A DNA stretch of 24,000 nt from Candidatus Heimdallarchaeota archaeon (GTDB taxonomy: Archaea; Asgardarchaeota; Heimdallarchaeia; Hodarchaeales; Hodarchaeaceae), in NCBI GenBank assembly GCA_011364965.1, contig RDOB01000004.1:398309-422308 (forward strand), read 5' to 3'. Under the pieces are notes generated by a model, which was not told the origin of the DNA, did no database searches, and saw only the letters and a list, made by a program, of their open reading frames with translations. A program made the translations under genes and the position numbers. Of the stretch, positions 7,854-15,236 are shown in pieces; the stretch's first letter is position 1, and each line of letters opens with the position of its first letter.

Positions 7854-7875
7854 AAAATCCTCTGCAGAGGATTTT
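7854..7875. promoter_or_regulatory. Perfect 22-nt palindrome upstream of pan (candidate operator)
   Basis: AAAATCCTCTG|CAGAGGATTTT is perfectly self-complementary. It lies 56-77 nt upstream of the pan ATG. That places it just distal to an AT-rich TATA-like stretch (minus-strand ATTATTAAAA, 7820-7829). Confidence 0.3.
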
Positions 7876-8219
7876 AATTTCTTAATCCTTTAACTGGATA
7901 GTTTGACATTAAATTTCTCTGTCAATTTATCAAACCAAAGCATTCTTTATTTATTTTTTGAAACAAACATTGGTTTTTCAATACACATTTAGCAAAAGAT
8001 CTCTAGTAGGCATCCATAAAAATAAGTAATTTGCTAGTAATATATACGTCTAGTATATGTCTCGCTCTTCATGAGCTATTATTGTTTTAGGTGCGGTTCT
8101 CATCACACTCAAAAACCTTTACTGAAATTGAAACATGTGAGTTTGAAAAAAAGTTCAACAGATTAGCACCTTTATAACAATAAAATAACTTTAATCCAGA
8201 TTAAGAGGAAGTTACGGAA

Positions 8220-8732
8220 TTGAACCGTATACAAACTTGCGAGATGTGTGGAATAGAAGCTCCAGTAACCCTTGTTGAAATTGATCATGTTGAGTTATAT
8301 GCATGTCCAAAATGTGCAAAGTTTGGTAAACCCATCATTAGTTATCCACCAAAGAAATCATCTACCCCTACAAAGAAACCAGTAGGAATGAAAAAATCTG
8401 AACCTCGTACGCTTAAACCTCCACGAAAAGATTTTCTTCACGATAAGATTTTAATTGATGGTTATGGAACCTTAATCCAAGAATCTAGAAAAGCTAAAGG
8501 TTTAGGCCGAGCAGAATTTGCAAAAATTATCAAAGAGAAGGAAACCCTTCTCGCTAGAATAGAAACTGAAAAAGTATTACCAACTGATCGCATTGTGGCA
8601 AAAATCGAGCGCGAGCTAAATATTGAACTTAAAACTGAAGTTAGTGACGAAACTTCTACAACTGACAGTTTTATTTCTAAATCAACCACATTAGGCTCGA
8701 TCGCGAAGATAAAACGGAAAAAAGGTAAATAA
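8220..8732 (+). CDS. mbf1: Archaeal multiprotein bridging factor 1 (Zn-ribbon + Xre-type HTH)
   Basis: The N-terminal C4 zinc ribbon is 'CEMCG...CPKCAKFG'. The C-terminal cro/C1-type HTH is 'LIQESRKAKGLGRAEFAKIIKEKETLLARIETEK'. A TTG start is required to include the first Cys pair. GAGG lies at 8205-8208. Confidence 0.85.
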   Translation: MNRIQTCEMCGIEAPVTLVEIDHVELYACPKCAKFGKPIISYPPKKSSTPTKKPVGMKKSEPRTLKPPRKDFLHDKILIDGYGTLIQESRKAKGLGRAEFAKIIKEKETLLARIETEKVLPTDRIVAKIERELNIELKTEVSDETSTTDSFISKSTTLGSIAKIKRKKGK

Positions 8733-8901
8733 TCTCGATTAAATATGCTCTTAGCTCCTCTCAATTAATCTAAAGGTCTATTGCTTAAGATCACGATAAA
8801 CTTTAACAACTTGTCATAAAGACGGTAAAAATGAATATTTAGAGGTTTTAGCCCTCCCTCATAAACTAGATCGGTAAAATATACCGTCTACAATCATAAT
8901 A

Positions 8902-9309
8902 ATGGTTAAAGAGAAGATAAAATTGGTTATGCTTGATCCTCTAGCGAATGCGATGTCCTCTATAGCGAACGCTGAAGTTTTAGGTCGTAAAGAGGTGACC
9001 ATAAGGCCAGCAAGTCGAATTATAGCAAATGTCCTTCGTGTGATACAGAAATATGGAGCAATTGGTGAATTCGAAGTAATGGAAGATCTTTGGATTATTA
9101 ATGTTCAATTGCTTGGTCGAATTTCAAAAATAGGAGTAATCAAACCTCGTTATCCCGTGAAAGTAACAGATTATGTTGAATGGGAAAAAAGATTTCTTCC
9201 TGCTCGAGACATGGGGATTCTTGTTGTTTCCACATCTGAAGGTGTAATGTCCCATCAGGAAGCAAAAGAACGAAATCTTGGCGGCCGTTTACTGGTCTAC
9301 GCATACTAG
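8902..9309 (+). CDS. rps8: 30S ribosomal protein uS8
   Basis: '[14 protein letters not shown]', 'IGEFE', 'IKPRYPV', '[39 protein letters not shown]' match the conserved uS8 pattern throughout. An AAAATATA TATA-like box at 8875-8882 fits a near-leaderless transcript starting near the 8902 ATG. An alternative ATG lies at 8929. Confidence 0.95.
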   Translation: MVKEKIKLVMLDPLANAMSSIANAEVLGRKEVTIRPASRIIANVLRVIQKYGAIGEFEVMEDLWIINVQLLGRISKIGVIKPRYPVKVTDYVEWEKRFLPARDMGILVVSTSEGVMSHQEAKERNLGGRLLVYAY

Positions 9310-9334
9310 AAACTATACAAAGAAGGTTACCTAT

Positions 9335-9886
9335 TTGACACATTATACAATTGAAAGAATCATCGAGGTTCCTGAAAATATTACTGCTACGTTGACTGAT
9401 GTACGTGGCGGCAAAAAAGTCTCCATAAAAGGAGATAAAGGCGAGTTAGAAAGAACATTTGTTAGGCTAACCGTTCAAATTACATATGAAGACAATAAAT
9501 TCATCATTCAGAGTCATTTTGGCAAAAAAACAGAAGCTTCGATGGTTGGTACGATCACTGGTCATATAAAAAATATGATCAAAGGAGTTACAGATGGATT
9601 TACCTATAAAGTTCGAATAATAACCTCTCACTTTCCTGCGACCGTAGAAGTTCAAAAAGATGTAATTCTAGTGAAGAATCTTTACGGAAGACGAGATCCA
9701 ATCCGTGTCCCATACAATCAATCATTGAAAGTCAAAGTAGAAGGAGATCTCGTAGTTATAAGCGGAATAGACATCGAAATAGTTTCTCAGACTGCTGCTC
9801 GATTAGCAGAAGCTACTCGTCTCCGTGGTAAACGTAGTAAAGACCCAACTGTATTCCAAGATGGGCTTTACGTGGTATATCCTTAA
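9335..9886 (+). CDS. rpl6: 50S ribosomal protein uL6
   Basis: 'IEVPENITATL...VSIKGDKGELERTF' followed by a second beta-rich repeat is the typical archaeal uL6 pattern. I chose the TTG at 9335, with AAGGT at 9323-9327. The ORF-track start at 9278 would overlap rps8 and add non-conserved residues. Confidence 0.9.
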   Translation: MTHYTIERIIEVPENITATLTDVRGGKKVSIKGDKGELERTFVRLTVQITYEDNKFIIQSHFGKKTEASMVGTITGHIKNMIKGVTDGFTYKVRIITSHFPATVEVQKDVILVKNLYGRRDPIRVPYNQSLKVKVEGDLVVISGIDIEIVSQTAARLAEATRLRGKRSKDPTVFQDGLYVVYP

Positions 9887-9987
9887 GTATGAACATAAAT
9901 ATCAAACCACCTTAGGCTCATTTCAAACAAAAAGTTCAAGAAATCTTGATCACCCTTTCATATACCAAGATCATTAAGGAGCTTTAA

Positions 9988-10062
9988 GGGCCTGTAGCTT
10001 AGCCCGGTTAAAGCGTCCGGCTCATAACCGGATGAACGTGGGTTCAAATCCCCCCAGGCCCA
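9988..10062 (+). tRNA. tRNA-Met(CAU): tRNA with CAU anticodon (elongator Met, or Ile2 if C34 is modified)
   Basis: The acceptor is GGGCCTG/CAGGCCC and the D stem GCTT/AAGC. The anticodon stem is TCCGG/CCGGA with loop CT-CAT-AA. The T arm is GTGGG-TTCAAAT-CCCCC with one U:C mismatch, and the discriminator is A. G1:C72 and the lack of a GGG/CCC anticodon stem argue against an initiator tRNA. Confidence 0.85.
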
Positions 10063-10077
10063 TCATTTGCAACAAAA

Positions 10078-10183
10078 GGCATCATAGCTCAGTTAGGTAG
10101 AGCGTCCGGCTGTTACATTCTCTCTTGATTGGGGAGATACTACAGACACCGGGTGGTCGCAGGTTCAAATCCTGCTGGTGCCG
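10078..10183 (+). tRNA. tRNA-Asn(GUU): tRNA-Asn (GUU) with a 32-nt intron at the canonical 37/38 position
   Basis: The exons fold into a 74-nt cloverleaf. The acceptor is GGCATCA/TGGTGCC and the D stem GCTC/GAGC. The anticodon stem is TCCGG/CCGGG, and the T arm is GCAGG-TTCAAAT-CCTGC. The intron spans 10116-10147. A central 4-bp helix, CTGT (10110-10113) with ACAG (10142-10145), is flanked by 3-nt bulges (TAC 10114-10116 and ACA 10146-10148). These bulges carry the two splice sites. An intron hairpin forms between TCTCTC and GGGAGA. Confidence 0.9.
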
Positions 10184-10197
10184 TTTTTATTCTTTTT
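10184..10197 (+). terminator. Two T5 tracts directly after tRNA-Asn
   Basis: The sequence is tttttattcttttt. The first tract overlaps the stop codon of the convergent minus-strand gene that ends at 10187. Confidence 0.4.
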
Positions 10198-12040
10198 CTT
10201 CATTATCTGAAGGTAAAAAGTTACTCATGACCCTTTGGATTTTCGAAAAAGGAACACCCTTTGTAGCCACTAAACTACTGACCAAAATCATATTAATCTG
10301 TTCTTCTTCTTCCTCATTTATTTTTGCATCAGCTAATTGAATATTTGCAAATTGAGCAGCTAAAATTGGAAATTCTGGATTTGTATGGGGTACTTTTGTC
10401 AGTACAATTTTAATTCCTCTTATAAATTCAATTCCTAACTCAATTGTGTTATTTGATAAAGGAACTTCAAAGAAATCAAGGTTAAATGACATTTCCTCAA
10501 CTTCAGCAACCGTTGGTTCTGTCTCGGAAGAGTAGATTGCAGTTTTCCCCAAAATTTCTAACTTTATAGCCAATTGCTTTTGTTTAAAATCACTTTCACT
10601 TCTTAGGAGTTGTTTTAAAGTCAATCGTATAGAATGGTAGTATTTAGCATCACATTCATCCCCTAAATAATTGATCGCTTGAAGAAGTGCAAGTATTGCA
10701 CGTGCAATGTCTTTTTCTGTCTCCTGATTGGAAAAAACTACCTCTCTTAAGTCCTGGGTTAGAATCATAATACTAACTTTCAGCAAATTTTCAAAAAATT
10801 GAGCATGAGTTAAATCCTCTGATTCCATAATAGATTCGTCTAATTCTGCAATTTCCTCCTCATCTATATGATAACTCTTCATCATTGCGGCTAATGCATC
10901 AAAATTATGTTTTTGTATTCCTGAAGGATATTGTTTACCATGGAGATATGCTGCCTTTAAAATAGGTGCAATTGCTGCGTTTAAACGATCCTTTGCCTCT
11001 TCTCCCTCTTTTTCTTCAAATACTGTCTCAATGAGTTCCGTGGCCTTGGACAGATGATAGAAAACAAAATCCTCTCCAAGAATATATTCTAGAGCCAAAT
11101 TAAATATCGCGCCGAACCATTTTAAATGAAATCCTCTAGAAAATGAGAAACTGGTTAGGAAAATGTTTTCTAGATGCCACATTTCCCGGGTAATTAACGA
11201 GGGATTTACATAATATCTATCAAAAACGTAATGTTTTAATTCTCTCGAAGGAGAGTAATTTCGTGAATCTACTTCTAATACCATTGAAGGAAGCCAAATC
11301 GGAATTAAAGATACAGTATAGTTAAAAGCTCGAGCAAATTCCTCTAAATCGTCAGTTCTAATCTTACCTTTAATAAAAGGATCACCAAAACTTGGAGGAG
11401 ATATAATTGCATTATTATCTCCATAACCTAATTCAATCTTATAATATTCAAGTAAGGAATCACTTAACCCTCTTTTCATCATTTCTACGTTTACGTAAAT
11501 ATCTTTTAAACAATATAAAGCCATTTGGGATATATCTGTCAAGAATTTGTAGACAATTTCCTTAGAAAAGTTCTCTGAAGGAATTAAATCAGCTAAATCT
11601 TTGAAAAAAGTTAGAGTTCTAGCTAATGAAGCTTTTAGTCGTACTTCTATCCCTCGTTGTCTTTGAACGGAATGTAAAAGTTCATGGGTTAATAAACCAA
11701 GAAATCCGTTATTATTTTCTGGATTCAATAGAGGTGTGTCAGCTTCCAGCTGAATGAAAACAAATTCTTTCTCTTCATAACCATAGGAAAATGAAGTTTG
11801 AAATGGATCTAGAAAAAAAGACCTTAAAGTTTTCATTTGGGCTTCAGGTAAATCTAATGAATTTAAAAAATTCTTTACTTCTTTAGAATCATTAATATCT
11901 GAAAAAACTATCGTCAAATTCTCAATATGTTGACAGAAAGATTCAATAATTGGATTTGATAACTTAACTAGAATTTCTGATTCAGATGGCCTTAGAAAGT
12001 CAAGAAAGATTATCTTTGGTTGTTTTACTAATTCTTCCAA
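10187..12040 (-). CDS. Uncharacterised 617-aa protein with an HExxH motif (possible zincin-like metallopeptidase)
   Basis: This is a long ORF with a TTG start. 'GFLGLLTHELLHSVQRQRG' places HExxH in the hydrophobic context typical of zincins. I recognised no other domain. The C-terminal half looks largely helical with acidic patches (EEEIAELDESIMESED, NEEEEEQ). I saw no signal peptide or transmembrane segment. Confidence 0.55.
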   Translation of the reverse strand: MEELVKQPKIIFLDFLRPSESEILVKLSNPIIESFCQHIENLTIVFSDINDSKEVKNFLNSLDLPEAQMKTLRSFFLDPFQTSFSYGYEEKEFVFIQLEADTPLLNPENNNGFLGLLTHELLHSVQRQRGIEVRLKASLARTLTFFKDLADLIPSENFSKEIVYKFLTDISQMALYCLKDIYVNVEMMKRGLSDSLLEYYKIELGYGDNNAIISPPSFGDPFIKGKIRTDDLEEFARAFNYTVSLIPIWLPSMVLEVDSRNYSPSRELKHYVFDRYYVNPSLITREMWHLENIFLTSFSFSRGFHLKWFGAIFNLALEYILGEDFVFYHLSKATELIETVFEEKEGEEAKDRLNAAIAPILKAAYLHGKQYPSGIQKHNFDALAAMMKSYHIDEEEIAELDESIMESEDLTHAQFFENLLKVSIMILTQDLREVVFSNQETEKDIARAILALLQAINYLGDECDAKYYHSIRLTLKQLLRSESDFKQKQLAIKLEILGKTAIYSSETEPTVAEVEEMSFNLDFFEVPLSNNTIELGIEFIRGIKIVLTKVPHTNPEFPILAAQFANIQLADAKINEEEEEQINMILVSSLVATKGVPFSKIQRVMSNFLPSDNEEKE

Positions 12041-12165
12041 GATTCACTCATCCTAAGAAGTAAAGCTCGAGTTTAGTAGCACTACTCCTTTATGTTAAAT
12101 AATTTAGCTTGCTCTACAAAACAGACCGAAAGAGAGAAGTTGAAACCTCAATTTGTTATTTTAAG

Positions 12166-12185
12166 TAACCAAAAATAACCAAAAA
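12166..12185 (-). repeat. Tandem 10-nt repeat giving two T5 tracts on the minus strand, just after the ATPase stop
   Basis: The plus strand reads TAACCAAAAA twice (12166-12175 and 12176-12185). The minus strand reads TTTTTGGTTA twice. The repeat begins 38 nt downstream of the stop at 12223. Confidence 0.35.
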
Positions 12186-12222
12186 CAATAGTTCCAGCTT
12201 CTTTATGAATTTAAAACCATAT

Positions 12223-14394
12223 TTACGGATTTTTATACCTATCTAGAGATAAAGGATCTATATGAGCAAGGTTATATTGCTCTTGGAGAGCTTTTACAGC
12301 GGGTTGTTTTTGAATCAGCTTGATGTCTGAAACTAATTCAGGTTTTAGATGAAATTCATTTGATTTCATAAGTGTGACTTCTCCATTTACAGAAATAATA
12401 AATCTTCTTTCATCAGGTTTTATTTTCAAAAGACTCTTTAAATGTTCATAATTCTCAAGGGATATACCTAATAGGGTTGACACTGCTCTTGGATCATGTT
12501 TAGTATAAAAAAATACCATTACACCAGCATTAGAAAGCATCGATTGATCTACCACTGGATCTGTCCCAATAAAAATCATTGAAACATCGTATGCTCTTAA
12601 TGTCCAAGGTCCACGGGCTATCATGGATCCTGATGATTTTGTATATGAATGAGGAGCTGGTATAAGTTTTTGTATCTCATCTAAAATAAAAATATTCTTT
12701 GGAAGCCCTTCTTCTTTGAATGATAATCGAGAAATGCGTAAAAAATAATATAAATATTGAAAAACTATATCTAAAAAAATTTGTCGTCCTTTTTGATCTT
12801 CCATGGCTTCAAAAGCTGATAAATCAATGATTACATTTTCCTCAATTAATTTAGTAATCGCAAAAGTTGTTTCTTTGACGCATAGACATCTCCCAATGTT
12901 TCCAAACATAAGTTTTTCTACTCGGTTTAGTACACTAGCAGAGGTACTCTCAATATAGGCGCCTCTCATATTAACCTTTTCGGGATACTCAATAAAGTGT
13001 GTAAAATCCTTAAAATTTCCCTCTTGGTTGATTGTTCTAATTATCGCTAAACGCAATAACTGTCTCATTTGAGGTGAAACTTTATCTTGATTATCATCAA
13101 AAATTTGTTCAAAAACAGAGATAACAAAGTGAATGTGATCTTCTTTGTCAATAATGTACTCACCTTGATCATTTTTGGGGATTTGGAAAACATTAATACC
13201 CCATGGAAATGAAGTCGATCCTGGTTTTAAAAAAGAAAAATCTTTGCAGAATGTGGAAATCGGGAATAGATATTCTCCTTTTGGATCGAAAATTAAGAAT
13301 TTTGAGCTTTGGGTATAAAATTCTCGAATTAAACCGAAAATAAATCTACTTTTCCCCTCTCCAGTCATCCCAAAAACTGCGATGTGTCTACATAGATCCT
13401 TTCCATTTATTGTTAATTGCTCATCTGATGTTTTGCCACTAAAAATGGGGATGCCGATATTAATTGACTGTCTCATGTTCTGTGAAAAAACCCGAGTTGA
13501 AAGTTGATATCGTGATTTGTGGGGAATAAGTGAATAACCATTCTTGGTAAATTGCCTTTGCGGAGGACTGATATACGACATTAAAGAAAAACCATCAACA
13601 ACAATGGGTAACACTAATTTTCTTTTCCGACAAATGTTCATGAAAGAAGAAATTCGATTCCAAAATGATGGATAAACTTTACTGGACAGACCATACGATG
13701 AGAAAATAACTGTAATCCTTTCTATTTTCGATCTTAAAATTTCTGAATCAGTTTCCACTAAAATGATACGGGGAGAAAACTCAAAACAACCTAATTCATT
13801 CATTATATCTTCTATTGTCGTATTATAATGCCTATCTATCCTTCCTTCTTGGATATTGAACTTAATCTGAGTTATCCTTGGCTCTTCAGGTAAAAATTCC
13901 TTCGGAATTTTCTTTTTTGATCTGAAAATAAATTGGATGAAAGCAAAATGGGGGGAATCAGTGAGAATTTCTAATAAAGCTTCCGAAAAATTGATTGTTG
14001 TACTCAATGGCAATTTAATATCATATGAACGTCCTATTAGTCCCCCAGTAAAGAATTGTTCCCTTTCTGGATCCAAAGCAAACTTATTTTGTAAGATATT
14101 CAGAACAATAGAAATTGGGTAGTTTCCCAAGCTTTGAAAGTCTGGATGTAACCCTAAATCAGTAAGAAATTGCTTTATGCTAGCAAAACCATGAGTATCT
14201 CTATTTTTTTTCAGGATTCCTTTTGTATTACAGGTTATAGTCACATATATCGCGTCTGGAGAGAATATGGAATATTCAAGACTAAAGGTGGAATGAGATG
14301 CTTTCAATGCTTGAATTGCGTTGATTTTGGCGTTTTCTGGAATGTAATCGAGGAAAACTGCTTCAGCACTATAATCCATAAAACCATCACACAT
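12223..14394 (-). CDS. HerA/FtsK-superfamily (DUF87-like) P-loop ATPase with an unassigned N-terminal region of about 330 aa
   Basis: Walker A is 'HIAVFGMTGEGKS', followed by 'FLIFDPKGEY' (the HerA/DUF87 hallmark iiDp.GEY). Walker B is 'NIFILDEIQKL'. A sensor-like segment is 'RAYDVSMIFIGTDP'. Residues 1 to about 330 matched no family I could recognise. Confidence 0.8.
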   Translation of the reverse strand: MCDGFMDYSAEAVFLDYIPENAKINAIQALKASHSTFSLEYSIFSPDAIYVTITCNTKGILKKNRDTHGFASIKQFLTDLGLHPDFQSLGNYPISIVLNILQNKFALDPEREQFFTGGLIGRSYDIKLPLSTTINFSEALLEILTDSPHFAFIQFIFRSKKKIPKEFLPEEPRITQIKFNIQEGRIDRHYNTTIEDIMNELGCFEFSPRIILVETDSEILRSKIERITVIFSSYGLSSKVYPSFWNRISSFMNICRKRKLVLPIVVDGFSLMSYISPPQRQFTKNGYSLIPHKSRYQLSTRVFSQNMRQSINIGIPIFSGKTSDEQLTINGKDLCRHIAVFGMTGEGKSRFIFGLIREFYTQSSKFLIFDPKGEYLFPISTFCKDFSFLKPGSTSFPWGINVFQIPKNDQGEYIIDKEDHIHFVISVFEQIFDDNQDKVSPQMRQLLRLAIIRTINQEGNFKDFTHFIEYPEKVNMRGAYIESTSASVLNRVEKLMFGNIGRCLCVKETTFAITKLIEENVIIDLSAFEAMEDQKGRQIFLDIVFQYLYYFLRISRLSFKEEGLPKNIFILDEIQKLIPAPHSYTKSSGSMIARGPWTLRAYDVSMIFIGTDPVVDQSMLSNAGVMVFFYTKHDPRAVSTLLGISLENYEHLKSLLKIKPDERRFIISVNGEVTLMKSNEFHLKPELVSDIKLIQKQPAVKALQEQYNLAHIDPLSLDRYKNP

Positions 14395-14720
14395 AAGAAC
14401 AGAATAGCTATCAACTGAAATTTTGAAGGTCGAATACTTCGTTTTATTAAATATTCATAAGATATTTATTTAAGCACCCTAGAATTCCCAATAATGCTAA
14501 TTCAAAGGATATTTTTACTTTTTTTCGTACTTTGATAAGTTTGGGTGGTTAAAAGAGAAGTTGTGTCTTCAATCTTGAGTTTGCATAGAACTAAATCCAA
14601 ACTCAGGAAGTTAAATCAAAGATGCCCCCATTTGGAAAACCACCAGGAACTAGCTAAAGTTTTTGTATAAGCAGGAACTCCCCTCTTCCTTTTCTTTTTT
14701 TCTCTTTCATGGTTATGAGA

Positions 14721-15107
14721 CTAACACTTTTTGACAACAATCTTGAAGTCTGTAGCGTCAGGACAACAAGATTCAATAAAACCGAGAACTCGACTCATTC
14801 GGGAAGTTATCTTTAAAACCATGCTTGAACCTTTGGAAGTTAATTTGTATGTCTTGATCCTCTGATCCTTAATACCATCCTTTGTGGTTCGAATATTTGG
14901 ATCATCTTCTGTTTTCTCTTCGATTAAACCTTTCTCAACTAAGGATTGAATGATTTTGTACGTTGCACCTGTGGAAGGAGACCAATCTTCCCCTAGGCTC
15001 TCCTGAAGCCGATTAACGATTTCATAACCAGCTAGAGATTCAGAATTATGAAGCACTAGAAGGAATAAAGCTTCTGTGGGAGTAATGTCCAAATTTTTCC
15101 CAAGCAA
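14721..15107 (-). CDS. PadR-family winged-helix transcriptional regulator with a C-terminal cysteine cluster
   Basis: 'LAGYEIVNRLQESLGEDWSPSTGATYKIIQSLVEKGLIEE' matches the PadR signature (GYEI...W.PS.GT.Y..L..LE..GLI). The C-terminus is 'ESCCPDATDFKIVVKKC'. The start is TTG and the exact start position is uncertain. Confidence 0.8.
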   Translation of the reverse strand: MLGKNLDITPTEALFLLVLHNSESLAGYEIVNRLQESLGEDWSPSTGATYKIIQSLVEKGLIEEKTEDDPNIRTTKDGIKDQRIKTYKLTSKGSSMVLKITSRMSRVLGFIESCCPDATDFKIVVKKC

Positions 15108-15181
15108 ATTAAACAGTCGCTCCTCTTGAAGGAAATCCAGCTACTGTTTTATTCAAAAAATATTTAAACTTTGTGCCGATT

Positions 15182-15218
15182 GAATATTCCAAAGGAATAT
15201 ACTTTAGGAATATACTTT
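15182..15218. promoter_or_regulatory. GGAATAT repeat cluster in the PadR/arsM divergent intergenic region (candidate operator)
   Basis: A perfect tandem 13-nt direct repeat AGGAATATACTTT occupies 15193-15205 and 15206-15218. It is preceded by GAATATTCC (15182-15190), which carries the same core in inverted orientation. The cluster ends 19 nt upstream of the arsM ATG. Confidence 0.4.
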
Positions 15219-15236
15219 CTCTTTCCTAAATAGTAA

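Noticed and set aside
7913-7947. Nested short inverted repeats (GTTTGA...TCAAAC and TTGACA...TGTCAA) in the pan/mbf1 intergenic region.
   Set aside because: The arms are only 6 nt with a long AT-rich spacer. That is within chance expectation for this base composition.
8820-8889. An 8-nt inverted repeat, AGACGGTA and TACCGTCT, encloses 54 nt upstream of rps8. A CGGTAAAA direct repeat also occurs there. I considered this as an S8 autoregulatory leader.
   Set aside because: The 3' arm overlaps or abuts the TATA-like box (8875-8882), so most of the element probably lies upstream of the transcription start and would not be in the mRNA. The stem is short relative to the loop.
9278-9334. The upstream extension of the uL6 ORF from the ORF-track start at 9278.
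   Set aside because: It overlaps the rps8 3' end and adds non-conserved residues. The TTG at 9335 with an AAGGT SD yields the canonical uL6 N-terminus (..IEVPENI..).
10125-10340. A 71-aa plus-strand ORF.
   Set aside because: It starts inside the tRNA-Asn intron and 3' exon, then runs antisense to the 617-aa gene. It is not credible as a coding region.
10184-14720. Possible integrated mobile element using tRNA-Asn as an attachment site.
   Set aside because: No integrase or recombinase is present. I could not find a direct repeat of the tRNA 3' end (for example GGTTCAAATCCTGC) in 12041-12222 or 14395-14720. tRNA adjacency alone is insufficient.
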